Assembly (NCBI GenBank): GCA_002104905.1
Contig: MCFE01000307.1
Location: 1-64,000, forward strand
DNA: 64,000 bases
Origin: Basidiobolus meristosporus CBS 931.73
Lineage: Eukaryota; Fungi; Basidiobolomycota
Reading direction: 5' to 3'
Part shown: one piece after another, positions 23,192 to 36,685 of the stretch
Numbering within the stretch: position 1 is the first letter of the stretch
Layout: each line of letters starts with the position of its first letter
Notes under the pieces: model-generated
The model's database searches: none
What the model was told of the DNA's origin: nothing
What the model saw: the letters and a program-made list of their open reading frames with translations, nothing else
Made by a program: the position numbers and the translations under genes

Positions 23192-24899
23192 GATGGTAGA
23201 TGGAGAAATGGTTGCGATGTGGGCGGAATCGCTCCGTGAGCGTTGATTTTGTAGTCTCTGATGGCCGATGTTTTTGGGAATTTTTTGGTAATTTGCACTT
23301 GCTCGTTAATTAGCTTCTTTTTGGAACCCACCGGAAATTTGGCTTCCGCATTGTATAGATTGCCTGGAACGATTGGACATATGCTCCATCCAAATCAGCT
23401 GAGTAATGATCCGTTTTTGCCAACTAGGTGCTTCCCGCCATGTCGTAATTCTCCCAACCCAAAGATGGAGATAGTGGACGGTATTCAGAGGCCATATTGG
23501 CGCTCGGCGTGGCATAAGTACGCTCAAGATTGCCCTGGATGGCCAGCTTGAGAGGTAGGTGAGGTCGGGGTTTGTCCAAAATTAAAGTGGGTTTAGCTTC
23601 TCACGGACTAGCAGGAAGCTAATCATGCAGAGACAAACATTCCCTAGAAATGGATAAATCGAACCAGGCAACTAGGGACCTTACGAAATGACTGATTTGG
23701 CAGTAGAATGTTGCCTTCCAGAGCAACAATATACCCACGTGTGAATCCTTGTATTCAGGAAACTCGCCATCGAGCATGTGCTCAAGGCTCTCAATCGATG
23801 GACGGTGAATGCACAGCACAATCTCGACCAAGGTGCTGTTGCAAAAGTTGCCAAATGTGAGATATGGTGCTGGAACCAGATAGCCGCCCCAAACTCAATT
23901 ACGGAAGAGGCTTCCGCTAATACGCTTCAAAGTGGATTCCATGGAGATTTTGGAAAATAGGGTGGAACCATGAATATAACCGGTTTAGGGATGGCCTATT
24001 TAGGTAGCATTGATACAGATTTCATTCGCCAGGCAACCTTGACAATAACTTTAATCATAATTAGGCTAAATTTAATGGGAATATTTCCTAAACCCATCGG
24101 CTTGATCAGGATCCCTATTGAATCCGAAATGATCCGACGAGGTAAATAACGTAAGAATGCCAGAATCCCTGACCCTGATTACGCCTGAATGTGTGCTAAT
24201 CGATTGGGACGAAAGGCTGTGCAAAACGACGATTTTTCTAGCCGGCGCATAATATGATGATTGTAACCGAATATAAAATACTGGATGCTAAGCTTTAGAA
24301 ATATGCACCAACCATGTGGGAGCCACTTCAGCGCTTAGGCGTTTGATTTTATAGCTGGTAATATGCCGCCCACACTATGGGTTTCATAGAGATTTTCAGG
24401 TCAATTAGCAGATCATTTGCTATGCTTCACGTATCTGCCACCATTCTGCTTTCTCTCAGAGTCCCAAGCCAGTGCTATTATCAATCGATACTTATCCAGA
24501 ATCCCCAAAGTCTTGTACCTTCACCAATAGCCAAGTGAAACTATCGGCTTCTTGTTGATTTCAATACCTTTTTCAAATGGTGTAACCAACCAAATACAAA
24601 CAAATGAGTTTGATTGCTCGTAACTTGTGAGAAAGCCTGTGGCTAGATCACGTTTTGGTCACAAGGGGAGCAGATGAGAGTCTATACATTTTAACTAGAG
24701 CATCCTACTCCAATATAGCCCCGAATCCTGGCTTCCTGAAAGGTGATGTTGCAATAATTTGGTTTAGGAATCATTCACGTATCATATATCTTACTTGACT
24801 AATTAATAGTGTATATTCTAGCCAACAGCTGGCGGCTAGAGTATGGACTGGAGATTTGGCTTATAAGATGTAGATCAATTCAAAGAAGTCGTGAGGCCT

Positions 24900-26165
24900 T
24901 GGAGGTGACCAGAATCCTCAAACTTGTGCAATTGACCCCAAACTTTGTAGCATGCTTCCAGTAGCCCCTCGTAGAACATACTTTGTCACGGCTAGCTGGT
25001 TCAACTCCTTAACATCCATATAGATCCACTTGGCTCGTTTCTGTAGTTTTGAATGCTCTATTGGGATTTAGTTGGTAAGATGTCGAGTAATCATTTAGAT
25101 CTCGGAAGTCCTGAAATCACCGAGAAATCTTGAAGTTGTCTAAAAGGTCCTAAACCTTTGCACACAGCTTCCTGGGACCATCCTCTAAATACACTCATTG
25201 TTACTTCTGCAAAACTTCACCAAACGACAGTAAGCATGTGGACACTCGACTTTCCCACAACCCAAATCACGCACAACCCTCCAAACATTATCCAGAATTT
25301 TGCAATGGTTGCAAGGTGCACAAGGTTTGGATATATGCTGAATCTCATATAGCATCCCTATGGTGCTCATCCGTGGTTTCTGCTAGGGTTAATATAATCG
25401 CAGCTTTGGTATATACTGCAACGAACTGACTTCAATTAAAAAGCCACACACTCTTCTGAATGAGCGCCTAGTACGGGAATATATGTGACGCAATGCTTTC
25501 GATCTTTGGGTTCAGGAGTCAAATTTTGCATCACTCGTGGTGCGTGAAGCAAAACATACACATGTATTGAGAAAGGCCACTGAATTATGTCAACAGTTGT
25601 AATACGAATGCTTAAAGAATGGTCCCAAAGGGGCAAATGCAAAGTTGGGGGTCACTTACTTGGACAAGCGTGTATGTTTAAACCAAATGAGTGCAACAGT
25701 TGTGTAGGTTGAGTCTTCTGGGAAATTCTGAGTCTAATTTATCTTTTCGCTGTATCGTTAACCCTGAGGAATTGGCAAACCCTACATCATTGAAAAGCAC
25801 GATACATACACATCTAGGTATTGTTGTGAATTTCATATTTGAATCTAGATATTTACACCAACTTGGCTACTTTAGTCATAGCTTATGAGCTTCACCATTT
25901 CTGGTCAAGTTACATATATGGGTTTACTTTGAATATTTCCTCCTGTTACCTAGTGTTGCAAGATTCTAGGGAGCGTTGGAAGTGAAATCGAGAACCAGAT
26001 GAACGGCACGGCATTCACTTGTTGTTTCATTGAGCTCAAATAAATTACTTAAGCACTTGGCAGAACTTGGGTAAAACTAATGGCGAGAATGGCTTTGAAT
26101 TAGTGAAGGCCTGGAAACTATCATAATCGTCCAAAAGCCCCCGAACTTTGCACATCACTTCCTAG
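24900..26165. repeat. Cluster of highly degraded LTR fragments of the local copia family
   Basis: LTR core words recur: CCCCAAACTTTG (~24935), AAGTTGTCTAAA..TTTGCACACA..TGGGACC (~25133-25178), GGTCCCAA..TGCAAAGTTGGGG (~25621-25650) and CCCCCGAACTTTGCAC (~26139). Boundaries are approximate. Confidence 0.5.
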
Positions 26166-26510
26166 TATTGTAGGAGTTTTGGAGATATTGAAAGTGATTG
26201 GGAACCAAGTAGACTATGTGGTTTTCATTGAATGATTAGTTGAATGTAAAAGTAGTATTTATACTTTTACATGGTCTTGGCAAAAACAAACACCGAGAAT
26301 ATATTTAGGAAGGTCCCAAGAGCATGTGTGCAAAGTTTGGGGGACTTTTGACACACTTGAGACTCTTATTGCTCTGTATACCTGATACTTTGGTAGTGCA
26401 CTCAAGTAAATCCCAACAAGGGATTAGGGCAAAACAATTGAGGATTTATAGGCCATGATCTAGGCAACTAACCCTATGAAAAATCTCAAATGTGGAACTC
26501 AATTGATATC
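26166..26510 (-). repeat. Diverged solo LTR (copia family)
   Basis: Colinear with the 349-bp LTR at 57298-57646 from TATTGTAGGAG onward; the 3' end is eroded. Confidence 0.8.
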
Positions 26511-26869
26511 CTGCTGGTATTCCAATGGTATTTTGCTGACATTCAGCTGGTGGATTTCCTTCAAATTTTTAGTTGCAATTCTTTGTGGAAGTAGTAGATA
26601 GCTGATTACCATATTTGCATGAATGCTAGTTGGCCCAGTCTCCTCCTAGAGAATACATCTGCTTGGCTGCCAAATAGCTAGCACCTGAGATATTGAGAGT
26701 GCTGATTTTTGAGAGACTTGGAATTCAGCTGATATCACAATAGTATTGTGCTAGCCTTTTCTTGATTTTTTCTTAATGTAGATCAAGGGGATATTCAGGT
26801 GTATTACCAAGTTTACAATACCTAGAGCCTGAGAATTAGCTGATAACTGATATGTCTATAGCTTATCAA

Positions 26870-27060
26870 TAAGCTCATTATAGTCCAAGTGGCTCTCACC
26901 TAATGATATATTGAATGCAAAAGTAGTATTATACCTTTACATTGTCTTGACAAAGCAAACGCATAGAATATGCTCAGGAAGGACACAAGAGCATGTGAGC
27001 AAAGTTTTGGGCTGTTTTGACACCTGTGAGGAATTTCATTGTCTGGGTACCTGATGTGCT
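26870..27060 (-). repeat. Partial older LTR, cut by the LTR at 27061
   Basis: TTGAATGCAAAAGTAGTATT...GGAAGGACACAAGAGCATGTGAGCAAAGTTTTGGG...GGGTACCTGATG matches the middle of the LTR and stops at a new TGTTG. Confidence 0.7.
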
Positions 27061-27403
27061 TGTTGTAAGAATTTTGGAGATATTGGAAGTGATTGGGAGA
27101 ACAAGTAGATCATGTGGTTTTCACTTAAAGATTTATTGAATGCAAAAGTGTTATTCATACTTTGACATGGTCTTGGAAGAACAAGCACCTAGAATATGTT
27201 TAGGAAGGTTCCAGGACCACGTGTGCAAGGTTTGGTGCTGTTCGAACAACCTTGAGAAATGTCATGTTCTGAATACCTGATGTTTTGGTAAAAATATTTT
27301 AAGTCCCGGCAAGGAATTTGGTCAGAATTCTCTAAGATTTGTAGGTAATGAGCTAAGTGACCAAGTTAGGTGAATTTAGGTGGAATTACGAATTTTTACA
27401 ACA
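27061..27403 (-). repeat. Solo LTR (copia family), 343 bp
   Basis: TGTTG...CAACA termini and colinearity with the LTRs of element A. No PBS, PPT or matching 5-bp flanks. Confidence 0.9.
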
Positions 27404-28885
27404 GTTCACAAGTCCCTAAGCTTTACACCCATGTTCTCTAAGCCTCGCCTCAACGAACATACTCAACATGTTTATATTTCCAAGGCCTAGTAAAAGCACA
27501 ATTATCACTTTGCATCTGATATACCATCAAGTGGAAGCCAAATAATCTACTTGTTCCAAGCACCTGCAATTTCTCCAAGACTCTCACAATAGATACAGTA
27601 GCAACTGATAATTCCAAAATTCATTCCTGGCCTCAGCTTTTTGGGTGGCATTCCACCTACTCGGGAGTGAGGAATAAAACTAGCTACATGGTCCTTCAGA
27701 TGGCTCTATCTGCTGGGCTTTATTATCAGCCCCCTATATCTATGTGCCTCTACACATCAGATGTACTTGGAGATCCTAAGCTTGAGAAATATGATTGATC
27801 CTTGATCTCAGTTGACATCAACTTCTCTCAGGGGCCAGCAAAAGCTGGGGACGGGTGAATATCTGGTAACACGTATGCTATTGTAATTTCAGGCTCGTTA
27901 CATGAAAGCGAGTGCCTAGCATGGCCTTTGCGACGAAGTTAGGACACACTGGTTTCATAATGGAACCCCATTCCGATCAGTACGTGTAATTCATAAGTAA
28001 TCTGAGAGCCTTGTGCGGAGGCAAGCAGCTTCCAAACCACACCGAATTCTGAAAAGGTATTGATTATTGCACCGAAATCGCCCTGAATGCCAAGCAATCA
28101 CCAACCCGAAATTCGTTCCGTCAATTCAGGCGGGAATCCCTCACAACCTCCAAGGCAAGTATCATCGCGAGGAGGTATGGTCCTCCCTACCGAATCGCGC
28201 GTCAAGATGAAACTATATTGGGCTACGTCCTGTAGAACTTGGAGGTGTGAACAATATCAACCCATTCGTAGCAAACCGGTATCTGTCTCACCGACTCCGA
28301 GTTTGCTTTCTTCAATCTGTACAGAATCTACCGCATGCATTGATACAGATTGCCTGCGATAGAGATCCGATCCTAGATCGCTATATGAGTTGTGTGACCC
28401 GTCCTCCATCGCATCAGAGCAAGCCCACAATGGGTGTTTCCAAGGTTGTCAAATCTGCTCTAAGAACGCTCATGTGAGAGGTGCAGGCTAGTATTACCAG
28501 TATCTATGTATAGGAAACCTTGCATGTGGGACACATTGTGAACAGTGGAGTGTGTTGAGAGTTCATTACGAGGTGCCAACAATGGACAGAAAAATTTCAT
28601 CATTGGACTGGCCAGGCATTGTACAAGGCTAGACGTCCGTTGTTACACCGACCAGAAATGGTCACGTAGTTGGCTACAAATGAAAGGTAGGGTGTGAACA
28701 TGGTTTTATAGGGGTAAGAATGACTCAGAATATCTTTCCACTTTGACTTCGCTATATTAAAATGACTGGCTACTGCGTAAACATATTAAAGTGGAGCTAG
28801 ATACAATGGTTCCCTCAATGATGGCCGACATTGGGAGTTGGATGATGGCTGAGGACAGCTGTTTTGTTCGGGCTCAAGTGAGCAT

Positions 28886-30675
28886 TCATACCCCTTGAAC
28901 AACCTCGGGGTAGGTTTGCCGAATCTTCTCAAAAAGCTCTGGTTGGGATTGACGAAGTGCATTGGGATCCTCGGCAAGGCAAACAAATGTGGTTGCAGTT
29001 CCACTCTCAATGACCTCCGCAACAAGAATAAATAGTGTGAGTCCGATTAGGAATCCGAAGATAATGAAGATCACCGTGAAGGATCCATTGCTATTGACGG
29101 CTGGCTTGAATACCAGGATAAACAGGTAGGTCAAGAGGGCCGTGATGACACCAACCAGGAGTCCACCCATCGTCAACACATTTCCGATGAGATTGTCGTT
29201 GATGATGGCCTCAACACCTCGATCCTGAATCAGTTTCCATGTATCTTTGGCAGCTTGGCAGTACGGCTTTCCATAGATGGCAACTTGGGTGAATGCGTAA
29301 TGGTTGAAGTACTGAATGAAACCCTCGATCCAAGCCAAGAGACATTCCACGAAGCAGGCTATAAATACAGCGATGCCGCTGTCAGAGTCGCTAATGACCT
29401 CCCTTAATATCGCACGAACGGTCTTGAAGAGCGCGATGATGAGAGAGCCGTACGCTGCACTGCCGAAAGAAGTGGTGCATGCCCTTTTGAGCGATGAGGT
29501 GGTGGGGGAGGATTCCATCTGAGCAGTGTTATGGAAGAAGTAGTATGAGGCGAACACCCCGGAAACAGTGATGTGGACTAGGGTTTTGAGCAACTAGACG
29601 AAAAGCGGTTAGACCTCAATCCAGGCAGAGCTGGGGATGCGGGCAGAAATACCTGAGTGGTCCAATATAAACTAAACACGCAGTAAAGCAGAACGATATA
29701 CAGTTTAGCAGGATACGAGCATTGTTGCGTGAGGGCACCAGTGCGAGGATTCTGTACAGTCTTACAAGCATCAGCTCCGCCGAAGTAATTGTAGGCCCCG
29801 GTGATGGTGAAGCTCCACCATACGCAGAAGAGCAAGTGGAAAATAAGGCCTATTGTAGCGGTAATAATGGTGCCTGGGTATTTTCTGGTGACACCAGCGA
29901 CTGTTTTCAGCATTATGGTGGCGAATGGGATACGGTTTCTCCACCAGAACCAAGCCAACAGGTATAACACCCCAAAAATCGCAAAAATGACGGTCAAAAC
30001 ATACAGCTTCTTCACCGCATAAAAAGCGGCCATGACGAAGTATAAGCCAACAGACAAGAAGAACGATATGCGGATCAAGGCGCCAGGTACTCTGAACTCT
30101 CGGTTAGGCCAGGGCGCAACTCTGAATCTATTTATATAAGCTTACCTTTGCATCATGATAACGTATAGGGTTGAAAGAAGAAAGCCCACTCCACAGATCG
30201 TCAAGAACAAAATGATGGTGTTGAAGCTAAGTAGCTGGCTCGAATCGGTGTTGTTTCCGGGTGTGGTTTTTGAGGCATTGGCGACCGCACGAATAGAGAA
30301 GAAGCTGATAACCACGAAAGCAGCTAAATGAACCCAAAACAGAATTGCTGCCCATAGGTCGTTAAATCCTGACACGGGCTTGAACTTTCCGTCGTTTGAA
30401 TAATTGGCCCCTCCACCACCACTCTCGGGAGGATTGTTTACTGGTGGTTGGTAATATTGGGCTGATTGATCATAGGCTGGTTGTGACGGGACAGGTGGTG
30501 GGGGTGGATAGTAATACTGGTCAGGGTTCTGCGAGTAATAGTCCTGCTGAGGCTGTTGTTGGTTGTAATAGCCTTGTGGTTGCTGTGTGTAGTATGGATT
30601 ATGTGGTTGGCTGTATTGCTGGTCGTTTACAGGAGGCGGGTAATATGGCTGCGAATGTTTGTCATAACCCGACAT
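28886..30675 (-). CDS. PNS1: Choline transporter-like protein Pns1 (CTL/SLC44 family), 3 exons
   Basis: Gln/Pro/Tyr-rich N-terminus, FNDLWAAILF, RIPFA, ACTTSFGS..YGSLIIA, YFNHYAFTQVAIYGKPYC.AAKDTW and AIINDNL. Introns at about 30147-30094 and 29651-29594. Confidence 0.93.
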
Positions 30676-32280
30676 CTTTGGCTTTAGAGTGGCGGAGCTT
30701 GATATCAAAGAACAACAGGAGGAAATCAACCCATGACTTGCTATATATATATAACCGCAAACATCCCCAAACCTAAAATGCGCTCATGTACGAGCATCGA
30801 TTTGCAGCCAATCAATTCCCGACGAGTTTGAGACGATTGGATAGTAAAATAAATAAGGCTGCCGCTTCCAATATAAGCAACGAGTAGCCTGAGGATTCAG
30901 CCCGAGTACTAACCACGACACAAGGGTGTTACGACTGGTTTTCTGTAGAGTTCCATGGATCTTGCATGCCTCTATAACCAATGTAGGCTGCTATCAGCTC
31001 TATAATCACATTATTGATCACCAAAAGTGGAAGCAATCCCAAACGATAAATGATATGTTTCAAACCGCAACTTTAAAATGGTGCATATATTCGTGGATAA
31101 TACGGGTCTTAATGTAAGACGGATGCTACATCGACCAACTTTATACAAGCAATTTGTGTGACATTGGTATGCCCTTAAACAATGTCTTGCAGAAAGCTAA
31201 ATCGAGTGTTGAATGGTGAACCTTGTCTAAATCACCACTTAGCTGGGGATACTGGTGCCGGTGTTGGTGTTAGTGTTGGTGGAGGGTGCATTTAGGGAGC
31301 TAGAGCGTTAGCGAGTAGGGTGTTGTGTCATGGATCCATCATCGGCAATTTGCCCAGTTGGCCCAATCCTGCGATGGTGGCATCTCAGGTACGCTCTCAC
31401 TCGCATTGTTGTGTGTCCGTTGCTGCTATACATAGCACAAAGGGGAGATCATAAGCCTGTTGTCGGGATTGGCCCGACCAACTCTAATTTTATCAACAAC
31501 GACTACCGCTGGACCAATCGAAACCCAATTGGGCGCGCACAAGCATCAGTCACCGGCCATCACACTGCAATGATGACATGGCATAGTGGCCACATGGCGG
31601 ATTGATAGAGTCTGATTTCTTTGAGGCCGTTCAATAGGAGTGGAGTGGGCTGCAAGGGTGATCTGCCTTTTCGTGATCACTATCGTTCCTTCCCCTGGAC
31701 ATTATCCATCACACCACGAAGAGAGGTAAAAATAGAATGTTGACTCTCGATAAGTCATTCCTCAACGGCATGAAAGTCTTTCAGCCATGATGAGCATGTG
31801 ACTGGCGATATCCGATGACAACCGCCGTTTGTAAAGCTAAATTAGAAAGATCGAGGTCGGTGCCACCTGCTGGCATCTTGGGCTAGTGCAGGCATAGTCT
31901 ACCAGAAGCGCCACGAACTGCTACTAGCACCGACAACCAAGAATGCCTCTGAAATAGACATTTAATAAAGATAGCAGCGTTCCAAGCTTATCTAACTTAG
32001 CTGTTTAAGGCAGGAGCCTATAGAACCAGGCGAAAATAGAAATTGATGACGTAGGTAGGTTAATAATACCATCATCTTGTTAACGACACTGTTTACGTTG
32101 AATCGCATAGTGACAGTGATTCACTTGATGTTCATCACGACCGTTTCATATAAAAATCTGGTTGGCCTCCTAAGTTTTAGCTTACTCGTAACATTGAACA
32201 ACCTAATAAAACTTCTCTCTAACCGAGTCTCCACTTCTGAACCGTCGCAGAGTGTCCAACCCAATCGAAGCTCCCGGAAC

Positions 32281-32973
32281 ATGTTTGATAGCAACATTGC
32301 CGTAGCCAAGCATGTGATCGACAGATACTTTGGTCTCAAGCCGAGAAATGTTTCTAAGAACCGAGGGAATGGCAGAAAGGACCTAGCGTTCTCTGGAAAC
32401 CCCCCGAACACTCTTACGGAGACATCGCCTAACCTTGAGCATCAGATTAGGGCCCATGTTGTAAACATCATGGCCAATACAATCAACCATCTGTTTGGCT
32501 GTTTAGCGCCCAGCACTACTCCTGGAAACTTATGCGTTGAGCTGCCAAGATTGGATATTTTCATCTCGCGAGTCTTCCGACGTTCGAATTTGCCACTCAA
32601 CAACCTCCTGACCGCACTATTATACCTTATCCGCTTAAAGGAGTATCATCCATCTTGTAAAGGAGCATTAGGCTCGGGGCATCGACTTTTTATCGCTGCT
32701 CTGATAATGGCGAACAAGTACTTGCATGACTCCTCCTATCACGTAAAGACATGGAGCAGGATTGTAGATAGGTTCTACGACATACAGGAGCTAAATCAAA
32801 TGGAGTCCGAGTTGCTGAATCTATTGAGATTTGAGTTGGTTGTCAAGAGAGATGACTGGGTGCAATTTGTAAATATCTTGGATGGGAAGCTCACGCGCAG
32901 TTGGAGAAGGAGGGGGATCCATGGGCCAAGTGGCTATCTCTTCAGACAAATGACACAACTTTATAGCGCATAA
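32281..32973 (+). CDS. Pho85-type cyclin, Pcl1/Pcl2-like
   Basis: Cyclin box LPRLDIFISRVFRRSNL..NNLLTALLYLIRL...HRLFIAALIMANKYLHDSSYHVKTWS...LNQMESELLNLL. The ORF is open from 32077; ATG 32281 is taken as the likely start. Confidence 0.9.
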   Translation: MFDSNIAVAKHVIDRYFGLKPRNVSKNRGNGRKDLAFSGNPPNTLTETSPNLEHQIRAHVVNIMANTINHLFGCLAPSTTPGNLCVELPRLDIFISRVFRRSNLPLNNLLTALLYLIRLKEYHPSCKGALGSGHRLFIAALIMANKYLHDSSYHVKTWSRIVDRFYDIQELNQMESELLNLLRFELVVKRDDWVQFVNILDGKLTRSWRRRGIHGPSGYLFRQMTQLYSA

Positions 32974-35779
32974 CTGATAGCATCTGGCCAAGCACTTCTA
33001 ATCTCTAACTATCACCTACAACCTAAATGTTCCAAAAGTTGGCATCCCTAGGTACCAATCCTTGTTTGGCTTCCTAATGGAAGCTGGAATTTAATATGTA
33101 AATTAATCCAGAGTTGTATATATTTCAAATAAACCAAATTTGTACCATTTACATGACAGTTGAGCCATTATATGTCAGAGAGTCGCCAGTCCCCTCTCGT
33201 TATGATGTGTAGAAGAATCCAAGGCATAAAGCAGAGCTAAAAACTGGCCAGATGCCCTCAGGATGATGTTGATTATAGATTCACCACAGCTTCAATTGGT
33301 CGAAAACCCTCTGTTGTAGCCCGTTTGCTTAAATCCATTGGTCTCTGTGCCTCGTCCATAATAGATTAGGCTGTCATTTATTTAGTGCTCACCCGACTTT
33401 GAGTCGATCTGTATTGTTCTGGTGTCCATGTGAGCCATACCCACTGGCATGACCAAAGTTTCAACGATCAGTTGATAATCTGGAGTTTTCACATTCTGGA
33501 TCTTGTATCACATCTGGTGAATTGGAGTCACCAGAGCAAAGGGTTGTTATGTGAGCAGATTGAAGACGGAAAGTTTCAGTGCGTGTCAATGTGTGCTTTG
33601 AGCCAGGGCCTGGTTTTACGAAGCCTTACCGATTTGGCATTGAGAGAATCGCGGCTCTTCAGATTTGGATAATTTTCAAGGTGGGATTTACCCAAAAACC
33701 CGCTGAGTAGTTTGATACAAACCAAACTAAATGAATATTGGAGGCGTGGAAATGCTTGCATATGAAATATACGTGTACAGAGGCTGCCCATTAGTCGCAA
33801 GTGTGGTTGCCTATAGAAACTGCCTAGTATGTACTAATTACCGAGGTGAAGCGAAAATGATGTGGCACGTAAATAGCAATCTTGCCTTTTATGTAGGCAC
33901 CAAGGTAGTCCACAACAGCAAGCTACTGAATCAAAGAGCCAACTAATACCTCGACCATTCGCTCGGATGTAGAATACTCAATCCGTCTGCAAAGGGTTGG
34001 TGGGGCGTGTTGGTGCTAGATATAAAGAGGTCTACTGAACGATAGGTTAGAAGCGCTGAGTGCGCGAATCATCTTTGGCTGGACAGGGGGCTAGCCAATT
34101 TTGTTTCAAGCCCATTCCTTACCATCAATTGCCACAAAGAGTAAATCACCGACGACAATTTCGGAGAAAATCACACAACATGGTAAATGGGTTGCAACAA
34201 ACACTCCGAAATTGCCTGATAAGTTGATAGCCACAACAAACCAATTTCCCAGTTTCTTGGAAACAGATGTTATGAAATTGCGATCCGATAGAGGTTTTGC
34301 CGAAAAGGAAGGCAAAGCTTGGTTCATGTTCGAAGATAGTGTACGCCGACTACCTTGGGTTCAGGAAGATCTCGGATTCTGGCTAGGATAGGATGGCGTT
34401 CTATCATCTTACATCTATGACTTCTTTTTGAGAAATCCTCATGTAACGTTACCATCGCAAATTGGCATTTTGTGTATTCAGACTGCGTTGTTAAACCTCA
34501 CTAATTGGCTTGAGTGTGGTTACATGTCTATATGAGCCCGCATGCCAGTCAGAACACGGTGGCGTAGCTGGACACTAGCATATGGGCTGCGACCAGCCAC
34601 TAGTTGGTCGTGAAGCAGAAGCAGGCTACTAGATTACTGCAGCACAATGATTCATATGCACCGCATGTGACCAGGATGGGCCGCAGGGCCGTGGTCATAT
34701 ACATCGCGCTACATAACATGATACACGGTGTTATGAAGTGTGTTAATCTTGATAAATTGAATCGAATGAAACATAGGCATCCAGTCTACACACATGACCA
34801 CACGCTGTTTCACCCGTGTCCCCATCCGATCCTGATGGCTCTCTTGCCAAATCAGACCCCATACACACCAAACCTGCGCTCACTCTCGCGCATGCAACAA
34901 TCAACACCCACCAGAGCCAAGGTGAGCTTGAACATGAGGGTGGATTCTGGGCATTCAGTCTAAAACATCCTCCAAGTGATTGAGTCCATGGGGAATCTAG
35001 GCACCATCGAAATGGCCTATCACCATCGAGATGCGCACCAGGCAATCGATGCCTGCTTGGGATTTTTTTCGTCGCATGCCGGTCGTTTGGGGGTGCGATC
35101 AGTGATATCTATCGGGAAAGCCCCTCCATTTCTTGGAAGGATATACAAGGTAGGAGGGCCCGCTTCTTTTGCGGTTCTGTCCCGAACAACGAGCGCTGAC
35201 CTCGGTGGTGGACCTAGATCACGCTAAGGGCCGGTGTAGTCTAGACGCTGCATAGAGCCTGACCACGGCCACGTTGCAACGACCAGCCTGGATTTCTCAT
35301 TGCCAAATCGCTGTCGAGAATTTTGGGTTTTTGGACTTCCGTAGCAAAACGGAATTTTTGGGGCTCTGGGTGCTTGAATATCAGATCTCACCGGCAGAGC
35401 GGTGGGATTGGTGGGTTGCGACTGCCTTTTGCAATGACAATCCCCCTCGATTAGGAAAAAACAATCTTCAATGACAGATGACTGATGGGGCGGCCTACTA
35501 TTGAAGATAGCTTGTGATAGTATTTCCAGTGTGGAATGATTCACACCATGCCAGTTAGCAAACAGACACCACGCCGACAGGTACTTGTGAGTGGCTAGCT
35601 TAAAGAAGCGCAGCAGCCTTCGGTTTATTATCAGAGGCAATGTACATCGACGCATTCACATAATCGACAATTATAGGACAATAATGTATTGATGGCTAAT
35701 AGAAACGGCTCGGGACTAGTCTACACTATGGTACAATACACAAACATAGAACAATATATGATACAGACAAGGCCAGACT

Positions 35780-36685
35780 TCAGCGGATCAATCTCTTCAC
35801 CATGGGCTGGTTGCGCTCGTTGGCGAACTTCTTGCGGCATCTGTTCAGCAGAACTAGAAACTTGTCGCGCCTTTCAGGGGAGATCTGGCTTTGCGGATTG
35901 AACAGCAGTTGCATGAATGAGTTGTCTATGGTGGTGGGTGGTAGCAAGGCAGCGCTCTCGGTCTTGGATACTTGTGAGGTAAGATTACGCTTCAAGTTGG
36001 CAATTGATTGCCTGTCACCCTTCCGACCACTGATATCCGTATTTTGCATGATCTCTGCAAGGTCATTCACGTAGACTGAGACAGAGGTTTTACCTGATTT
36101 GAGCGAAGTCTCAAATTTCGGTGGGGCTGTGATTTTTCGAACATGTCCTGGGGCGCATGAAGGAACGGTATTTGCTCGGTGGGTGGGTGATTGTACTCGA
36201 AGTAGATGATCACCAAACTGCTGAAGGTCCAGTGGATGGACCATCAGGTCGAATTGGCCAAGGAAAAGCAGCTCCATCTCCAGAACATTCAGGTCTCTGG
36301 GGTGGATTTGGGCTAGGTGGGCGTAGTGTGTATTGGTGAAGTAAACATCCGAAGAATATTTCGACACGATCATGATGGCTGTGACCAGTAAACGGTGGAC
36401 ATTATGGGAATTCACAACGATGGGAATGTCGGTTTCTTTGGAGTACTTGACCCCACGATCCAGGTATATTAAAGCGTTTAAGAGGCATTCATTACTGAAT
36501 GGGGCATACTTGTGTATGCGAAGAAGGTACTCCTCTATCCCCGACGACGGGATAGGGTCGGAGTAGAAGCAGGTCAACGCCTTGGTGTTGCAGGTGTCGT
36601 TGACCTTGATGGTTGATTCAAGCATCTTTGAGACGAGGGAAATGGTCTGCGTCACTGGGAAGCAGCCAATATCGAATTTGGACAT
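35780..36685 (-). CDS. Pho85-type cyclin, Pho80/Pcl6/Pcl7-like
   Basis: IPSSGIEEYLLRIHKY..FSNECLLNALIYLDR...NVHRLLVTAIMIVSKYSSDVYFTNTHYA...LNVLEMELL. First ATG at 36685. Confidence 0.9.
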   Translation of the reverse strand: MSKFDIGCFPVTQTISLVSKMLESTIKVNDTCNTKALTCFYSDPIPSSGIEEYLLRIHKYAPFSNECLLNALIYLDRGVKYSKETDIPIVVNSHNVHRLLVTAIMIVSKYSSDVYFTNTHYAHLAQIHPRDLNVLEMELLFLGQFDLMVHPLDLQQFGDHLLRVQSPTHRANTVPSCAPGHVRKITAPPKFETSLKSGKTSVSVYVNDLAEIMQNTDISGRKGDRQSIANLKRNLTSQVSKTESAALLPPTTIDNSFMQLLFNPQSQISPERRDKFLVLLNRCRKKFANERNQPMVKRLIR

